From the IMG/VR virus record IMGVR_UViG_3300035034_002090, positions 45,238-109,237 of that record: 64,000 nucleotides of DNA. One strand, written 5' to 3'. The notes under the pieces are model-generated. The model saw only the letters and a program-made list of their open reading frames with translations, was not told where the DNA came from and searched no databases. Positions within the stretch are counted from its first letter, which is position 1; each line of letters starts with the position of its first letter. Source of the stretch: a virus (lineage: Duplodnaviria; Heunggongvirae; Uroviricota; Caudoviricetes). Shown here piece by piece: positions 10,001-19,309 of the stretch. The translations under genes were made by a program, and so were the position numbers.

Positions 10001-10900
10001 TTGGAGGACTGGTACTCGATGCTTGAGCACAAGGTCCTCAGGCGGCAGCGGAAAGAGCCTGAGGTACTCCGAGATATTCCACTCCCGGAAGCTGATGAAA
10101 GGGATGTCGAGTTTGCTATCGATCGCCAGCACGCCGAGTTCTACTATTGGTGGCTTGAGAACTTCTTTGAGTGGATGGAGACGGAGATTGCCAAGGAAAA
10201 GTCCTCCGGAAGCTACAGCATGAATAACGGCGCGATTTTGGCTCAGCTTCAGAAGCTCCAATTTGCAGCTACCATCCCTCAGTCCCCGAAGGTCAATGAA
10301 GGCGTGCCTGTGAAGTGGCCCGGGGGATTAACTACAAAACAAGAGGGTGTGGTTGACAGCGTAACTGAATCCGTCATCGCTGGTGGAGAGAAGGTCATCG
10401 TCTTCTCAAAAAGGCCCGAGCTTTTGGATCTTCTGGACGAAGAGTTCTACAAACGAGGTGTGTCTTCGGCGGTTTTTCATGGCGGCGTGACCATTTCCAA
10501 TAGAAATAAGAAGCTCAAGAATTTCCGATCTCAGGACGGCCCCGATGTTCTTCTTATGTCGCTGGGATCTGGCAATACGGGATACAACATACCTGAAGCA
10601 GACGCGGTATGGCTGTGCGACTACGATTGGGTCCCTTCAACTATGAAGCAGGCCGCAGCGCGTATGCTGCGGGCTGAATGGCTCACCGAGGAACGCAAAG
10701 AGTCTGGCGCTCAACCTAAGATTCGTCAGGCTGTGCAGATGGGCACCATCGACGAATACATGAGGCAGTTGGTTAACCTGAAAATGGATGGCTTGGATCA
10801 GGCCCTTGACCGTCAGAATGCTGATTTTGACCCGGATAAATGGATGACTTATCGAGATTTCTCCGTAAAAATGTTCCGCGATCTAGGCTTTGAGCTGTAG
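7007..10900 (+). CDS. SNF2-family helicase with degenerate N-terminal methyltransferase-like domain; intein-containing precursor
   Basis: MGAGK|T Walker A split by intein, FDEAH, LLMSGT, QAAARMLR. Confidence 0.85.
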   Translation: MSKSISPSDLVSFISELFEFNDRPGSLVAFPAAKPEWLDGIPSNHDVICVSEHVQSESQDGRVLVGRSFYRAVPFSADFYIAIGKSGVIEAPMLSLQSARFGPFGPSSRSDIEPALIETCLSGARRFACALVPRRFIVGDAFAKVRAWVRASSAAEALRVSIDSGVIDGFGDHMMLMVWHVGQSSKRDKPVWARVQKPDDFDDVIVDWQRSNWRAALFDEYKRIRLSGKCSMPEDFMRDEPDFRVEFRSDDSPVASERLKVCVDGNGGALRLVAQDDGALASLRAAKRMLGTKRDQVSKQRVPTLDFRLRARWLVRQDNGLDKIVDVLESFGFDVEISDDVPGWLQSINNRYRREIAPFEQNIQVDDGWECLHQERGVESALSDLYQNNLKRLDTDLPWPLWKFQERDVARMLCKPNSMYAAFMGAGKASTLDAKILTPSGWVRMGDITIGDHVTGRDGKPHKVVGVYPQGKKEVYRVTFSDGASTECCDEHLWNVMSPQLKNQSKGGYERWQTKSLRQIMDEGLRDRWGNLKNFIPMVEPVEFTPERDLPVDPYLLGLLLGDGYLGKTTPSISTADEAIIKEVARLIPSGMEVVYSSGYDYRLVNYGERVNPLYEHLDDLGVAGKLAQDKSVPERYLYASIEDRLSLLHGLMDSDGTPSRLAATFCSVSKKLAEDMTHLARSLGGTATIKSRQTSYTHNGHKRKGRMSWRVRVRLPEGIPLFRLKRKLDLVEGKGKPDPTRSITSIEAVGEKECQCIQVDADDQLYVTDDFIVTHNTRLSMSYIWMRGGRRNLVVLQSRLIDEFIEEAEKIGFPLEDIHVIEQIEDAEPENLKRLNLISYSKVWKQVGNSVRPLPEDAPKSAKPDACKTIAHVLRKTRFNSLIFDEAHYLKGGPSTMQARYSMLFRSKHVLLMSGTVARNYPRNLYPLMVRAFGSSSTSCQWAYGIPVEHPDKADSCTSGTRVFSDKFVETTYVSSQFSETSEGPKGRELPKVPDDALEDWYSMLEHKVLRRQRKEPEVLRDIPLPEADERDVEFAIDRQHAEFYYWWLENFFEWMETEIAKEKSSGSYSMNNGAILAQLQKLQFAATIPQSPKVNEGVPVKWPGGLTTKQEGVVDSVTESVIAGGEKVIVFSKRPELLDLLDEEFYKRGVSSAVFHGGVTISNRNKKLKNFRSQDGPDVLLMSLGSGNTGYNIPEADAVWLCDYDWVPSTMKQAAARMLRAEWLTEERKESGAQPKIRQAVQMGTIDEYMRQLVNLKMDGLDQALDRQNADFDPDKWMTYRDFSVKMFRDLGFEL
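8291..9337 (+). mobile_element. intein (349 aa, Ala1, class 3 type) with LAGLIDADG homing endonuclease
   Basis: GK|ASTLDAKILTPSGW start; DEHLW; LLGLLLGDGY and LLHGLMDSDG; CIQV; VTHN|T end. Confidence 0.92.
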
Positions 10901-10909
10901 GGGGATAGG

Positions 10910-12280
10910 ATGCCGGTCGAGGTTGCACTTTCAGGAAAGGGGAATGTGTTCGTATTTATGACGCCATCTGGCGATCCTACGGTTGGTGCCGTAAGGGCTG
11001 AGCCAGATTATCTGTACATGGTGTCAAAGCGAAGGCGTGCTGGGACGATTGCTGGAATCGTCATGGCTCAATTTCCCTTCAGGATGTCCAAGAAGGAATG
11101 GTTTGCCTATGCACCAACCGCAGGCTTAGCGGGAAGGTATGAGATATACCCAACCGATAGTTCTACGTTGGTGGTCCATACTGGAGTTATTGGCGCGCAG
11201 ACGACGGAATCCGCCTATCTTGAGCTAATACCCCTGATAGATTTTGAGTATGCCTACTCTAGGGCGGTGCTGACGAGGTCTATTGATGATTCTCGGTACG
11301 ATATACCCACTAAGCTCTTCAAGGGCATTGATTCGAAGAACCTAGCCAAGATGGAGTCGGACTGCCTCTCGGGTAAGTCGGAGGTCATGCAGCCTGCGTT
11401 CGATTTGACGGGGAGCAGAAAGCCGGTGTGGTTAGTCAACCATAAGCCCTTGCTCCGAAAGCTGACGTTGAAGAGCGATGCGTCTGAAGATGATGTCAGG
11501 CTGGCTGCCATGCGCATCGCTAGATCGGCTCGTGGTGGAGCGCCGGAGCTTCCCTCGGAAGACCCGATAGAAAGGGCTACTTACTTCGACGTCAGGTATA
11601 TTGAGACAATTGGCCGAGCATCATCGTCACGTCGGAGCGAAAACGTTGACTTCACGAAGCTGGAGGGGGATAGCTTCGACTACAAAGGCGATAGCTGGAC
11701 TATAGGCACCGTCTATCCTCCAATGGACGACAAGCACGGCTGCGTGGCGGAGGTGCGTTCTGAGGGTGGGTTTGTGTCGGGGATCTCCCAAAAGGACATG
11801 CAGAAACTCCTTCTTGGTCAAAAAGAGGTTCAGCCCGAATGGACCTCTTTGCACCGGCGCAACTTCTTCGAGTCTCGGATCAGGGATCAGGAACTTGGTA
11901 AGAAGTTAACTAACAAGGAGTTTACATCAGATGAGTACATGATCTCTGTGTACGAAGTCGTAGAGCACGAGGGGAATAGGCGCTTCAAGCGATTACAGCG
12001 GTGTACTTGGGAGGCTTGGAAGCGTAAAAGAGCTGCGAGTAGATTAAGCAAGCTCCACAAAAAGAAGAGAGAAAAGAGGATAGGCAATCTATCTAGTCTT
12101 AAGAAGGCGTCAAATACATCGATAAAGAAGACCCCAGAAAACCCCATGTCTAAGCTGGCGCATCTGAAGCGAAAGTCCGCCGCCATCAACGTTGAGAAAA
12201 AAGAGGATAAGACACAGGAAGATAAAAAGAAGCGGTTGAAAATAGGTCGATTAAGGAGGCTTAGCGATGCCAGCGAATAA
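10910..12280 (+). CDS. hypothetical protein, Lys/Arg-rich C-terminus
   Basis: 456-aa ORF with RBS; no motif recognised. Confidence 0.75.
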   Translation: MPVEVALSGKGNVFVFMTPSGDPTVGAVRAEPDYLYMVSKRRRAGTIAGIVMAQFPFRMSKKEWFAYAPTAGLAGRYEIYPTDSSTLVVHTGVIGAQTTESAYLELIPLIDFEYAYSRAVLTRSIDDSRYDIPTKLFKGIDSKNLAKMESDCLSGKSEVMQPAFDLTGSRKPVWLVNHKPLLRKLTLKSDASEDDVRLAAMRIARSARGGAPELPSEDPIERATYFDVRYIETIGRASSSRRSENVDFTKLEGDSFDYKGDSWTIGTVYPPMDDKHGCVAEVRSEGGFVSGISQKDMQKLLLGQKEVQPEWTSLHRRNFFESRIRDQELGKKLTNKEFTSDEYMISVYEVVEHEGNRRFKRLQRCTWEAWKRKRAASRLSKLHKKKREKRIGNLSSLKKASNTSIKKTPENPMSKLAHLKRKSAAINVEKKEDKTQEDKKKRLKIGRLRRLSDASE

Positions 12281-12548
12281 AAACCCCATACCACCTCTTG
12301 CCGGTGAGAGAATCTCTACGAAGGATGGCGATGGGTACGTCATCGAGTCTTTTTCATTTTCCGATGAAGAAGACCTTCAAGACAGGGAGTTCCGGAATCG
12401 TCTGTCGGCTAAAATAGGAATGGACTACGAGAGTAAGTATTTCAGAGTTGTAGTAGAACTGATTGAGTCAAGAAATGTTAAGTCCTATCACAGCTGGGAG
12501 GTAGAGTATGATGCTGACAGAGACGTTGAGAAAGCTCCTTGGAGATGA
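12267..12548 (+). CDS. hypothetical protein
   Basis: 93 aa, overlaps neighbours, GGAGG RBS. Confidence 0.6.
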   Translation: MPANKNPIPPLAGERISTKDGDGYVIESFSFSDEEDLQDREFRNRLSAKIGMDYESKYFRVVVELIESRNVKSYHSWEVEYDADRDVEKAPWR

Positions 12549-13551
12549 GGCTAAGGCCGTCAGGGAAATTGGTCCGAAGCCTTTTGTTTTGTATCTTCTC
12601 ATTAGGGCCGAAGCAGAAGAGGGCAGGTATGAGCGTGTCGATGATTGGGATTGGCGCGGTCGAGAAGAGATTCCCGGCGACGTTCTTTTTGTTGAGGGGA
12701 CAGTGCCATCGGCAGCGCGTGCAATCGAGTGCACTCAGAAAGAGGTCCCGAACTATCTTCAAGCCCTTATGCACAGCGGGTGGTTGTATGACTATTACGT
12801 AGACGGAAAAGATTACACGGCCGTAGTAGCTACTGCCACGCGCTCTGTGCCGATTTACGCCGTAGAAGAGAAGGTCGCTACACTCGAATCTGAGCGCGTC
12901 TCTAGGAGCGCGCACCCAACCTCCATACCCTCTCGACGTAATCCCGGAGTCACAGCAAGAACCAAGGCACGCATGGCGGGGTTCAAAAAGAAGGCCAAAG
13001 AGGTCAAAGCTCACACCGACAAGCTCCATGAGGCTAACGCAAAGAAGTTCCTGAAGAGAGATCAAGAGAAGACCAAGAAACAGTTCGGTTACACGGGAGC
13101 ATCATCTCATGGTGCGATGACATCTAGGTTTATGAACGAGGATGGCTCCTACAAGGCCAACGATATTGGCCTGCTCAAGATGTATGAACACGAATTTATC
13201 CACGCGTACTCTATGGATCCTCCCAAGGTCCTTACAGGCACGATGTCGCCCACCGCTAAAGGTAGGAAGCTTACCGCTATCGCCAGTGAGTTCACGCCAG
13301 AAGAGGCTATGAAAGCTGTCGAATATGCGATAAGACATTGGTCGGCGATCAAGGAGTATTGCCGCACGGATGAGTACCCCGGACCAGAGGCTATTTGGCG
13401 ACTTAGATCAGACTTGTGTATGAGTATTAGGGCTGATGAGGATCCCCTTTCTGCACTCGAACGAAAAAACAACAACTCCAATAGCAACGCAGATGCTGGC
13501 GAGTGGACCCAATCAGGCGAGGATGATTCGTGGTGCAACCCTCTCACATAA
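12508..13551 (+). CDS. putative replication initiator (winged-HTH N-terminus)
   Basis: ARAIECTQKEVPNYLQALMHSGWL wHTH-like; directly upstream of the DnaC-like loader. Confidence 0.5.
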   Translation: MMLTETLRKLLGDEAKAVREIGPKPFVLYLLIRAEAEEGRYERVDDWDWRGREEIPGDVLFVEGTVPSAARAIECTQKEVPNYLQALMHSGWLYDYYVDGKDYTAVVATATRSVPIYAVEEKVATLESERVSRSAHPTSIPSRRNPGVTARTKARMAGFKKKAKEVKAHTDKLHEANAKKFLKRDQEKTKKQFGYTGASSHGAMTSRFMNEDGSYKANDIGLLKMYEHEFIHAYSMDPPKVLTGTMSPTAKGRKLTAIASEFTPEEAMKAVEYAIRHWSAIKEYCRTDEYPGPEAIWRLRSDLCMSIRADEDPLSALERKNNNSNSNADAGEWTQSGEDDSWCNPLT

Positions 13552-14201
13552 GAAGACCTTGGATGCCTATGCGGGAGCTGGATGAGGTTGATTATAACCA
13601 CATACATCTCCCCGATAGGTACAGGTGTGCAGATTTCGGCCTGATTCAAGACGAAAAGGTAAAGAGCTACATAAAGACCTACCTCCTAAACATCAGAAGG
13701 ATGCGAGAGGAAGGAAATGGTTTTTTGCTATACGGGAAGAACGGCGTAGGCAAGACCATGGCTCTATCTGTGATACTGAGAGCCTTTCGAATGCATGGCC
13801 AGTCATGCCTCTATATCTTAGCACCGGACATAGCCGAGGCTGCGATTGAAGGCACCATTATGGAAGAGCTTGGCTGTAAGCTATGGGATTACATGAGGGG
13901 TGTAGACGTACTCCTGATAGATGAGCTTGGTAAGGAGCATGACTCTAAGAGTGGTTGGTCGGCCACAAAGATGGAAAACCTCTTTAGATCTCGATACAGC
14001 AACAATTTAGTTACGCTAGTATCCACCAACCTACGACCCCAAAGACTCAAGAATAAGCCGAGTATCGACGCAATGGATAAGAGATACAAGCACTCCATGC
14101 TCAACGTTATCGGATCCTGCATGTACGTAATGCAAATGGATGGCGTGGATTTAAGGCAGGGTAAATTACCCGATCTCAAAAAGCCCGACACTGACAATTG
14201 A
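13530..14201 (+). CDS. dnaC: DnaC/IstB-like AAA+ helicase loader
   Basis: LLYGKNGVGKT, VLLIDELGKE, TLVSTNL. Confidence 0.88.
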   Translation: MVQPSHIRRPWMPMRELDEVDYNHIHLPDRYRCADFGLIQDEKVKSYIKTYLLNIRRMREEGNGFLLYGKNGVGKTMALSVILRAFRMHGQSCLYILAPDIAEAAIEGTIMEELGCKLWDYMRGVDVLLIDELGKEHDSKSGWSATKMENLFRSRYSNNLVTLVSTNLRPQRLKNKPSIDAMDKRYKHSMLNVIGSCMYVMQMDGVDLRQGKLPDLKKPDTDN

Positions 14202-14222
14202 TTTTGACTCAAAAGGACCCCC

Positions 14223-14918
14223 ATGTTTGGACTCATAAAGCAGCAGGTAAGTGAGCTATCTGAGAGCCAGAGCGCTTCGTTTAAGCTGTTCCGGCAACCG
14301 GTTGATGAGCTTAATTTTTCTGAGATGGTTTCGGTATCTTCATTCTTGCAGGCGTTGTCGAAGATAATTGATAAAAGACGCACTAAGATTGGCAATCTTC
14401 TAGACGAAAGAATCAATAGCGGTGACGTTGATGAGCGACCGCTGGTCGAGTCCGAAACAGGCAAGAGTGTAAGCGTAGAGATGCCCGGGTTTTCGGTGCA
14501 GCAAGTCCGTAAGGGTGGTGACAAGAAGCCAAGCGTCGGCAACCTCAAGAGGCTTATGAAGGGGAAGGGTCTCGAAGATCAAGTAAATAACCTTCTCAAG
14601 CCCAAGAAGAAATCTCTGAACAAAAAGAAGCTGGCGTCTGTCCTGAAGGAGGCGGAAGAGGCCGGTATCGATACCTCAGAGGTCTATGAGGTCAAGGAGT
14701 ATGAGGTCGACACCGCCAAGCTATCCGCGTTTGCAGCAGTGACGCAAGAGCAAGACCTCGGCTTTGTTATCACCGAAGAGGACGTCGACTCTGTTTACGA
14801 AGAGGTCAAGGTGTCTTCGTACGTCAAGTGCACCCTCGACAAAGACATCCAGAAGAGTGTTATCGAGGCTGTGAATGGTGAGACCAGCTCCTTTATCCTT
14901 CCTGAGAACCTCGGTTAA
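14223..14918 (+). CDS. hypothetical protein in replication module
   Basis: 231-aa ORF, no motif recognised. Confidence 0.7.
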   Translation: MFGLIKQQVSELSESQSASFKLFRQPVDELNFSEMVSVSSFLQALSKIIDKRRTKIGNLLDERINSGDVDERPLVESETGKSVSVEMPGFSVQQVRKGGDKKPSVGNLKRLMKGKGLEDQVNNLLKPKKKSLNKKKLASVLKEAEEAGIDTSEVYEVKEYEVDTAKLSAFAAVTQEQDLGFVITEEDVDSVYEEVKVSSYVKCTLDKDIQKSVIEAVNGETSSFILPENLG

Positions 14919-14924
14919 TAAAAG

Positions 14925-16223
14925 ATGTCCAATAACGGTTTGACAATTGATCAGATCGTCATCAGGAAGGCGCTTCGTCACGAGAAGGGACTCTGGAGCA
15001 TAAACGAGCACGGAGTCCGCAGGGAGTATCTACAAAGCGACGGCCGTAAGGGCTGGGACTTCATAGAAACTTACCAAGCCAAAAACGACGGACAGCGTCC
15101 GGGTGACGAAGTTCTGGTCTTTGAGATGGGGTGGCCAAAGGTCAGGTTCGAAGATCTTCCTGACATGACGATAAGTCATGTCTGCAATATCATCCTCGGC
15201 CGAACGATTGAGAACATTAGCCTTCGATCGCTCGCCAACATCGAGACCACGTTTGCGCAGAAAGGAAATGAGTCGCGCTTTGAGGCTAGAGAGCAAATCC
15301 TTCATCTTGCTGAGGAACTAAAAGAGGTAGACACTGTCAGTCAAGCTGCTGTTGAGCTTATGTCGCTCTACCCGGATGTGGGCGTCAATTACGAACTCTA
15401 CAAGCAGGGTAAGCTTGGCGCTAGTACGCCGTGGCCGACGATTACAAAGCATATCGCAGGTTACCAAGATGGTCACGTCGTCTACTTTGTTGCGCGCCCA
15501 AAGACGGGCAAGACGTGGGTATTGCTATATAACTGCCTGCATCTCTTCAATGAAGGCCAGAAGGTTCTATTAGTAAGCCCGGAGCTGACACACATCGAGG
15601 CTGCCGAGAGGATGGCGTGTATCCACCTAGAGATACCCTATGAGATGTTCACGGACGGGCAGCTAGGGAACGCGCACGAGGCGAGGCTGAAAGCCGGTAT
15701 TGAGGATTTTCAAGACAGGAAGGGCTTCAAAATACTCGACAAGAAGGGTTTGTCGAAGCAGCAAATAGAGTCCGCCATCGACCAGTATGACCCCGATGTA
15801 TTGGCTGTTGACTCGATGTATAAGGTTGGTGAAGGGTACAACACCAAGGAGAAGATTTCTGACGCCGCAGACTGGCTCAGTAGAGTCGTAGAGCGAGGAC
15901 GCCCGAGAAAAGGCTTTGCCACTAGCCAGATGAACAGAGATGCCATCTCCGCTGAGACCACAGTTATGGAGAACATCTACGGTTCTGACGCAATCGGTCA
16001 AGACGCTCATCTCATTTACGGACTCTTTCAGGACCACCAGATGAGGAAGGATAATCAGATTGGCTGGAAGCAGCTGGCTGTGCGTCGAGGAAAGTGGCAC
16101 CCTCCCTTCTTCGCAAACATAGATCTCATATCGATGAACTTTGGTGAGATTAACGAGAGCGCCTACGATCGAGATGAAGATGATGACATGAAGACAGATG
16201 ACGAGTTCGAGATCCTTTACTAG
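14925..16223 (+). CDS. dnaB: DnaB-like replicative helicase
   Basis: VARPKTGKT, VSPEL, LAVDSMY, TSQMNR, GSDAIGQDA. Confidence 0.9.
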   Translation: MSNNGLTIDQIVIRKALRHEKGLWSINEHGVRREYLQSDGRKGWDFIETYQAKNDGQRPGDEVLVFEMGWPKVRFEDLPDMTISHVCNIILGRTIENISLRSLANIETTFAQKGNESRFEAREQILHLAEELKEVDTVSQAAVELMSLYPDVGVNYELYKQGKLGASTPWPTITKHIAGYQDGHVVYFVARPKTGKTWVLLYNCLHLFNEGQKVLLVSPELTHIEAAERMACIHLEIPYEMFTDGQLGNAHEARLKAGIEDFQDRKGFKILDKKGLSKQQIESAIDQYDPDVLAVDSMYKVGEGYNTKEKISDAADWLSRVVERGRPRKGFATSQMNRDAISAETTVMENIYGSDAIGQDAHLIYGLFQDHQMRKDNQIGWKQLAVRRGKWHPPFFANIDLISMNFGEINESAYDRDEDDDMKTDDEFEILY

Positions 16224-16232
16224 GAGGGCCGC

Positions 16233-16571
16233 ATGAAATCCATCAATGAGATGTACGGCGAAGTAATTGCTGAGCTTCGTAGAAGGAAGTTTACCGCTGA
16301 GCTACGACCCAACGGGGTCTTGGTTGGAGTAGGAAACGTGTCACTCATCATCTTTGAGATCGTTAGATCTGATCTTGAGAGGACAGTCTCAGACATCTGT
16401 GATGAGGTCGTGCTGAAGTTGAATGAGTATCTGGATATGGAAAAGAACGATGATCTGGATATTCACGAAGAGAAAATGAACTCCTTGCACTCGAAGCGGA
16501 TCAGGCAGAACAATGTTTTGCAGAGGTCTAATCGACTTCTTAACCCGAAGACAAAAAAGGATCGAGGATGA
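16233..16571 (+). CDS. hypothetical protein
   Basis: GGAGGG RBS; coupled to dcd. Confidence 0.65.
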   Translation: MKSINEMYGEVIAELRRRKFTAELRPNGVLVGVGNVSLIIFEIVRSDLERTVSDICDEVVLKLNEYLDMEKNDDLDIHEEKMNSLHSKRIRQNNVLQRSNRLLNPKTKKDRG

Positions 16572-17224
16572 GCGTTCTAACTGGCCCGGAGATCGAGAAA
16601 GCTATCGAGGAAGGTGAAATCCTCGTACGGCCCTACGTGCAGTCAAACGTTGGCTCTAATTCTCTGGACCTTCGCATGGGGAATGAGGTTAAGCTTTATG
16701 TGGATAACGAGGGTCGACCGCTAGACGTGGTTTACCGAGAGGGTATGCGTCTTCTTCAGGCTGGCTTTCTTGGCAAGATCTGCGAAGAGAACCTGATCGA
16801 GTATCTCAGGGGTAAAGGAGCTATCCTTGATATTCGCAAAGAGAACAAGATCAAGGTGTTTGAGGTCCCGGAAGAGGGGATTGTTCTGCTGCCCGGTAGA
16901 GGTTACCTGCCAGCGACAATCGAATACATGGGGAGCGATCACTATGTGCCTGTACTACACGGCCGTTCGAGCGTCGGACGCCTCTTTGTAAGTATTCACC
17001 ACACTGCTGGCTTTGGAGATACAGGCTTCGAGGGTACGTGGACTCTTGAGGTGACAGTAGAGCATCCCATCACGGTGTATCCCGGCGACCGCCTTTGTCA
17101 GGTAGCATTCCAGACCTGCAAGGGGGAGAAGAGGCTTTATGGAGACCGAAAAGGCTCCAAATATAATGGACAGAAGTCTCCCGGCGAGTCGAAGTTCTGG
17201 AAAGACTTTGGAAGTGACTCATGA
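16568..17224 (+). CDS. dcd: dCTP deaminase
   Basis: NSLDLR, GRSSVGRL, AGFGDTGFEGTWTLE, RLCQVAF, KYNGQ. Confidence 0.93.
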   Translation: MSVLTGPEIEKAIEEGEILVRPYVQSNVGSNSLDLRMGNEVKLYVDNEGRPLDVVYREGMRLLQAGFLGKICEENLIEYLRGKGAILDIRKENKIKVFEVPEEGIVLLPGRGYLPATIEYMGSDHYVPVLHGRSSVGRLFVSIHHTAGFGDTGFEGTWTLEVTVEHPITVYPGDRLCQVAFQTCKGEKRLYGDRKGSKYNGQKSPGESKFWKDFGSDS

Positions 17225-17643
17225 CATCCAGAGGAAGCTTGATACGGGCCGGAGATCACATTTGGGTTGATGATGAGGTTTGTCAGGTCACGTCGGTGGG
17301 CGGAAGTGACGACAGAGACGGGTATGTCAGAGTTGAGCTAGAGGGCAAAAAGCGCGCCAGACATGTTCCTGTCTCACGCGTCAGGGAAGTCCTTGTAGCA
17401 AGAGAAGAAGATCTTAGATCCATGCAAATTCTTGAGCTTCGCGTCATGGAGGCTGGTCTTCTCGCAAAGATTCGAATGCTAGATAGGCTAAGTGATTCCG
17501 GCCTAGAAATAAAAGGCGATGAGGATGTTGAGCTTGAGCTTCGGCGCGCACTGTACGCTGTTCGCTATCGGCTCAGAGTCAAAGACGCCAGACCCGGACA
17601 TTCTGGTGACGCGTTTGCTATTGAAGTAGAGGAACTTCGATGA
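17221..17643 (+). CDS. hypothetical protein with SH3/KOW-like N-terminus
   Basis: GDHIWV...VTSV...VRVEL pattern. Confidence 0.6.
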   Translation: MTSRGSLIRAGDHIWVDDEVCQVTSVGGSDDRDGYVRVELEGKKRARHVPVSRVREVLVAREEDLRSMQILELRVMEAGLLAKIRMLDRLSDSGLEIKGDEDVELELRRALYAVRYRLRVKDARPGHSGDAFAIEVEELR

Positions 17644-18806
17644 ACGAGGGTGACATCTACACTCTCTGTGGGATGGCAGGAATCCAAAGCCCGAGGCGAC
17701 AAGGCGATTGGGTGATGGGTTCCTGTCCTTTTTCTCCTTGGAAGCACAAGGGTGGTAGTGACTCTACGCCGTCTTTTGGGATTAAAATATCCGAGGCCGA
17801 GCCATCCGGCTTCAATTGTTTTTCATGTCAGGAGAAAGGTTCCCTTAGATCTCTTGCCGCAAAGCTTGAGGGCTATGGCGTCGGCGACATGTCGAGGCTC
17901 AGAAAATTCGTTATCGCTAACGATTCTAGACGCTTCGGCGACAATGTCCGGAACGATTATGATGGTGGATGGGGCATGAACACGTCTGACGTAGCTGGCC
18001 TCAACGAGAATGAGATTGAAGACCTGCCCGAACCTACCCGCGACTTTCTCGACGAGAACGACATACGGAGGTTCTCAGCGCTTCCTCACGACTACATTCT
18101 TCGAAGGGGGCTGACTCAGGAGACATGTAAGGCGTGGGACATACGAACCGATAGAACATCTAGGTCTCCACGAATCGTGTTCCCAATCAGGAATATTGAG
18201 GGAAAGCTCTTAGCCTACAGCAAACGTGTGGTCTGGGATCAACCCACCTGCCATTGGTGTGGCTACAGCCATCAACGTCTGAGCTTCGGCTCAAGGCGAA
18301 AGCCGCACGAAAAGAAACACGATGGCGGCTGCCCGATGTGCCCTAATAGGTACATATGGCCCAAGTATCAGCACTCCAAGGGGTTCAAAAGAAACCTTCT
18401 TTTGTACGGCGAGCATATGATCGATACCTCCATCAAGACGTGCGTTCTGGTGGAGGGCAATATCGACCCGGTATGGCTATGGCAGTGTGGGGTTAGAAAC
18501 CCTATGGCAACTTTTGGGTCGAAGCCCGGAACAAAGATTCCAGACAAAAAGAGAGGTCAGCCCGGAGAGCAGTTATATCTTTTGGAGAAGTATGGCTTCG
18601 ATTGCATTGTGCTTTTGCCAGATGATGACAAGGCAGGCCATCAGTGGGTCGATACAATCAAGAAGTTCTTTAAGGGAAAAATACCAAGGACTGAAGTGAA
18701 GGTTCGATCCATGCCTTCAGGCAAAGACCCCGCCGAGCTTACGCCCGACGAGATCAGGGAAATTCTTAGACCCTATCCGGAAGTCTTTGGGAAACCTACC
18801 AAGTAA
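17640..18806 (+). CDS. dnaG: DNA primase (zinc finger + TOPRIM)
   Basis: CPF..H..D.TPSF...FNCFSC; IVFPI; LVEGNID; LPDDDKAG; KDPAE. Confidence 0.9.
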   Translation: MNEGDIYTLCGMAGIQSPRRQGDWVMGSCPFSPWKHKGGSDSTPSFGIKISEAEPSGFNCFSCQEKGSLRSLAAKLEGYGVGDMSRLRKFVIANDSRRFGDNVRNDYDGGWGMNTSDVAGLNENEIEDLPEPTRDFLDENDIRRFSALPHDYILRRGLTQETCKAWDIRTDRTSRSPRIVFPIRNIEGKLLAYSKRVVWDQPTCHWCGYSHQRLSFGSRRKPHEKKHDGGCPMCPNRYIWPKYQHSKGFKRNLLLYGEHMIDTSIKTCVLVEGNIDPVWLWQCGVRNPMATFGSKPGTKIPDKKRGQPGEQLYLLEKYGFDCIVLLPDDDKAGHQWVDTIKKFFKGKIPRTEVKVRSMPSGKDPAELTPDEIREILRPYPEVFGKPTK

Positions 18807-19101
18807 ATCCCTCTAAGCCCCCATGCTCACGCCATTTCTCAACTGCCTTATCACTACCCCAGCAACCCGGTATCTTGGATTGAAGGAATGTCACTATGGA
18901 CTTCAGCGCCTTCATGCTTTCTGAGTCCGCGTAGGCGCACGAGCCCGCGAGGTCATTTCTCAGCAAGCATGACATGAAGTGCCCCGGTTCATCAGCAAAC
19001 CGGATCCAATTAATCATCGCCGAGAACACCAGTGGCGGAATATCCTTGTATTCGTCCGACAGGTCTTCCGGAAGCTCCACCAACTTAATTCTTTTTGGCA
19101 T
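18796..19101 (-). CDS. conserved-type phage hypothetical protein
   Basis: PGHFMSCLLRNDL..AD..S..AL...WGS pattern seen in phage hypotheticals; AAAGGA RBS. Confidence 0.7.
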   Translation of the reverse strand: MPKRIKLVELPEDLSDEYKDIPPLVFSAMINWIRFADEPGHFMSCLLRNDLAGSCAYADSESMKALKSIVTFLQSKIPGCWGSDKAVEKWREHGGLEGFTW

Positions 19102-19165
19102 GTCATATCCTTTAGGGGGAAGTGCGGGTTATCTGGATCTCCTTCTTAAAGCATCACTTTAGGTC

Positions 19166-19194
19166 TTGCCAAGGATCCATATCATCTGTACGTT
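19166..19194 (+). promoter_or_regulatory. sigma70-like promoter
   Basis: TTGCCA-N17-TACGTT upstream of the SSB gene. Confidence 0.4.
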
Positions 19195-19309
19195 AATTTC
19201 TGCCTCGATGGAGGCGAGAAAAATAATCCTCAATAGAGAGATTAGGCAACGGACCAAGGCAAAAGATAAGTGTCCAAAGGCATATCTCTAAAGCGAGAAG
19301 GAGAAAGTA

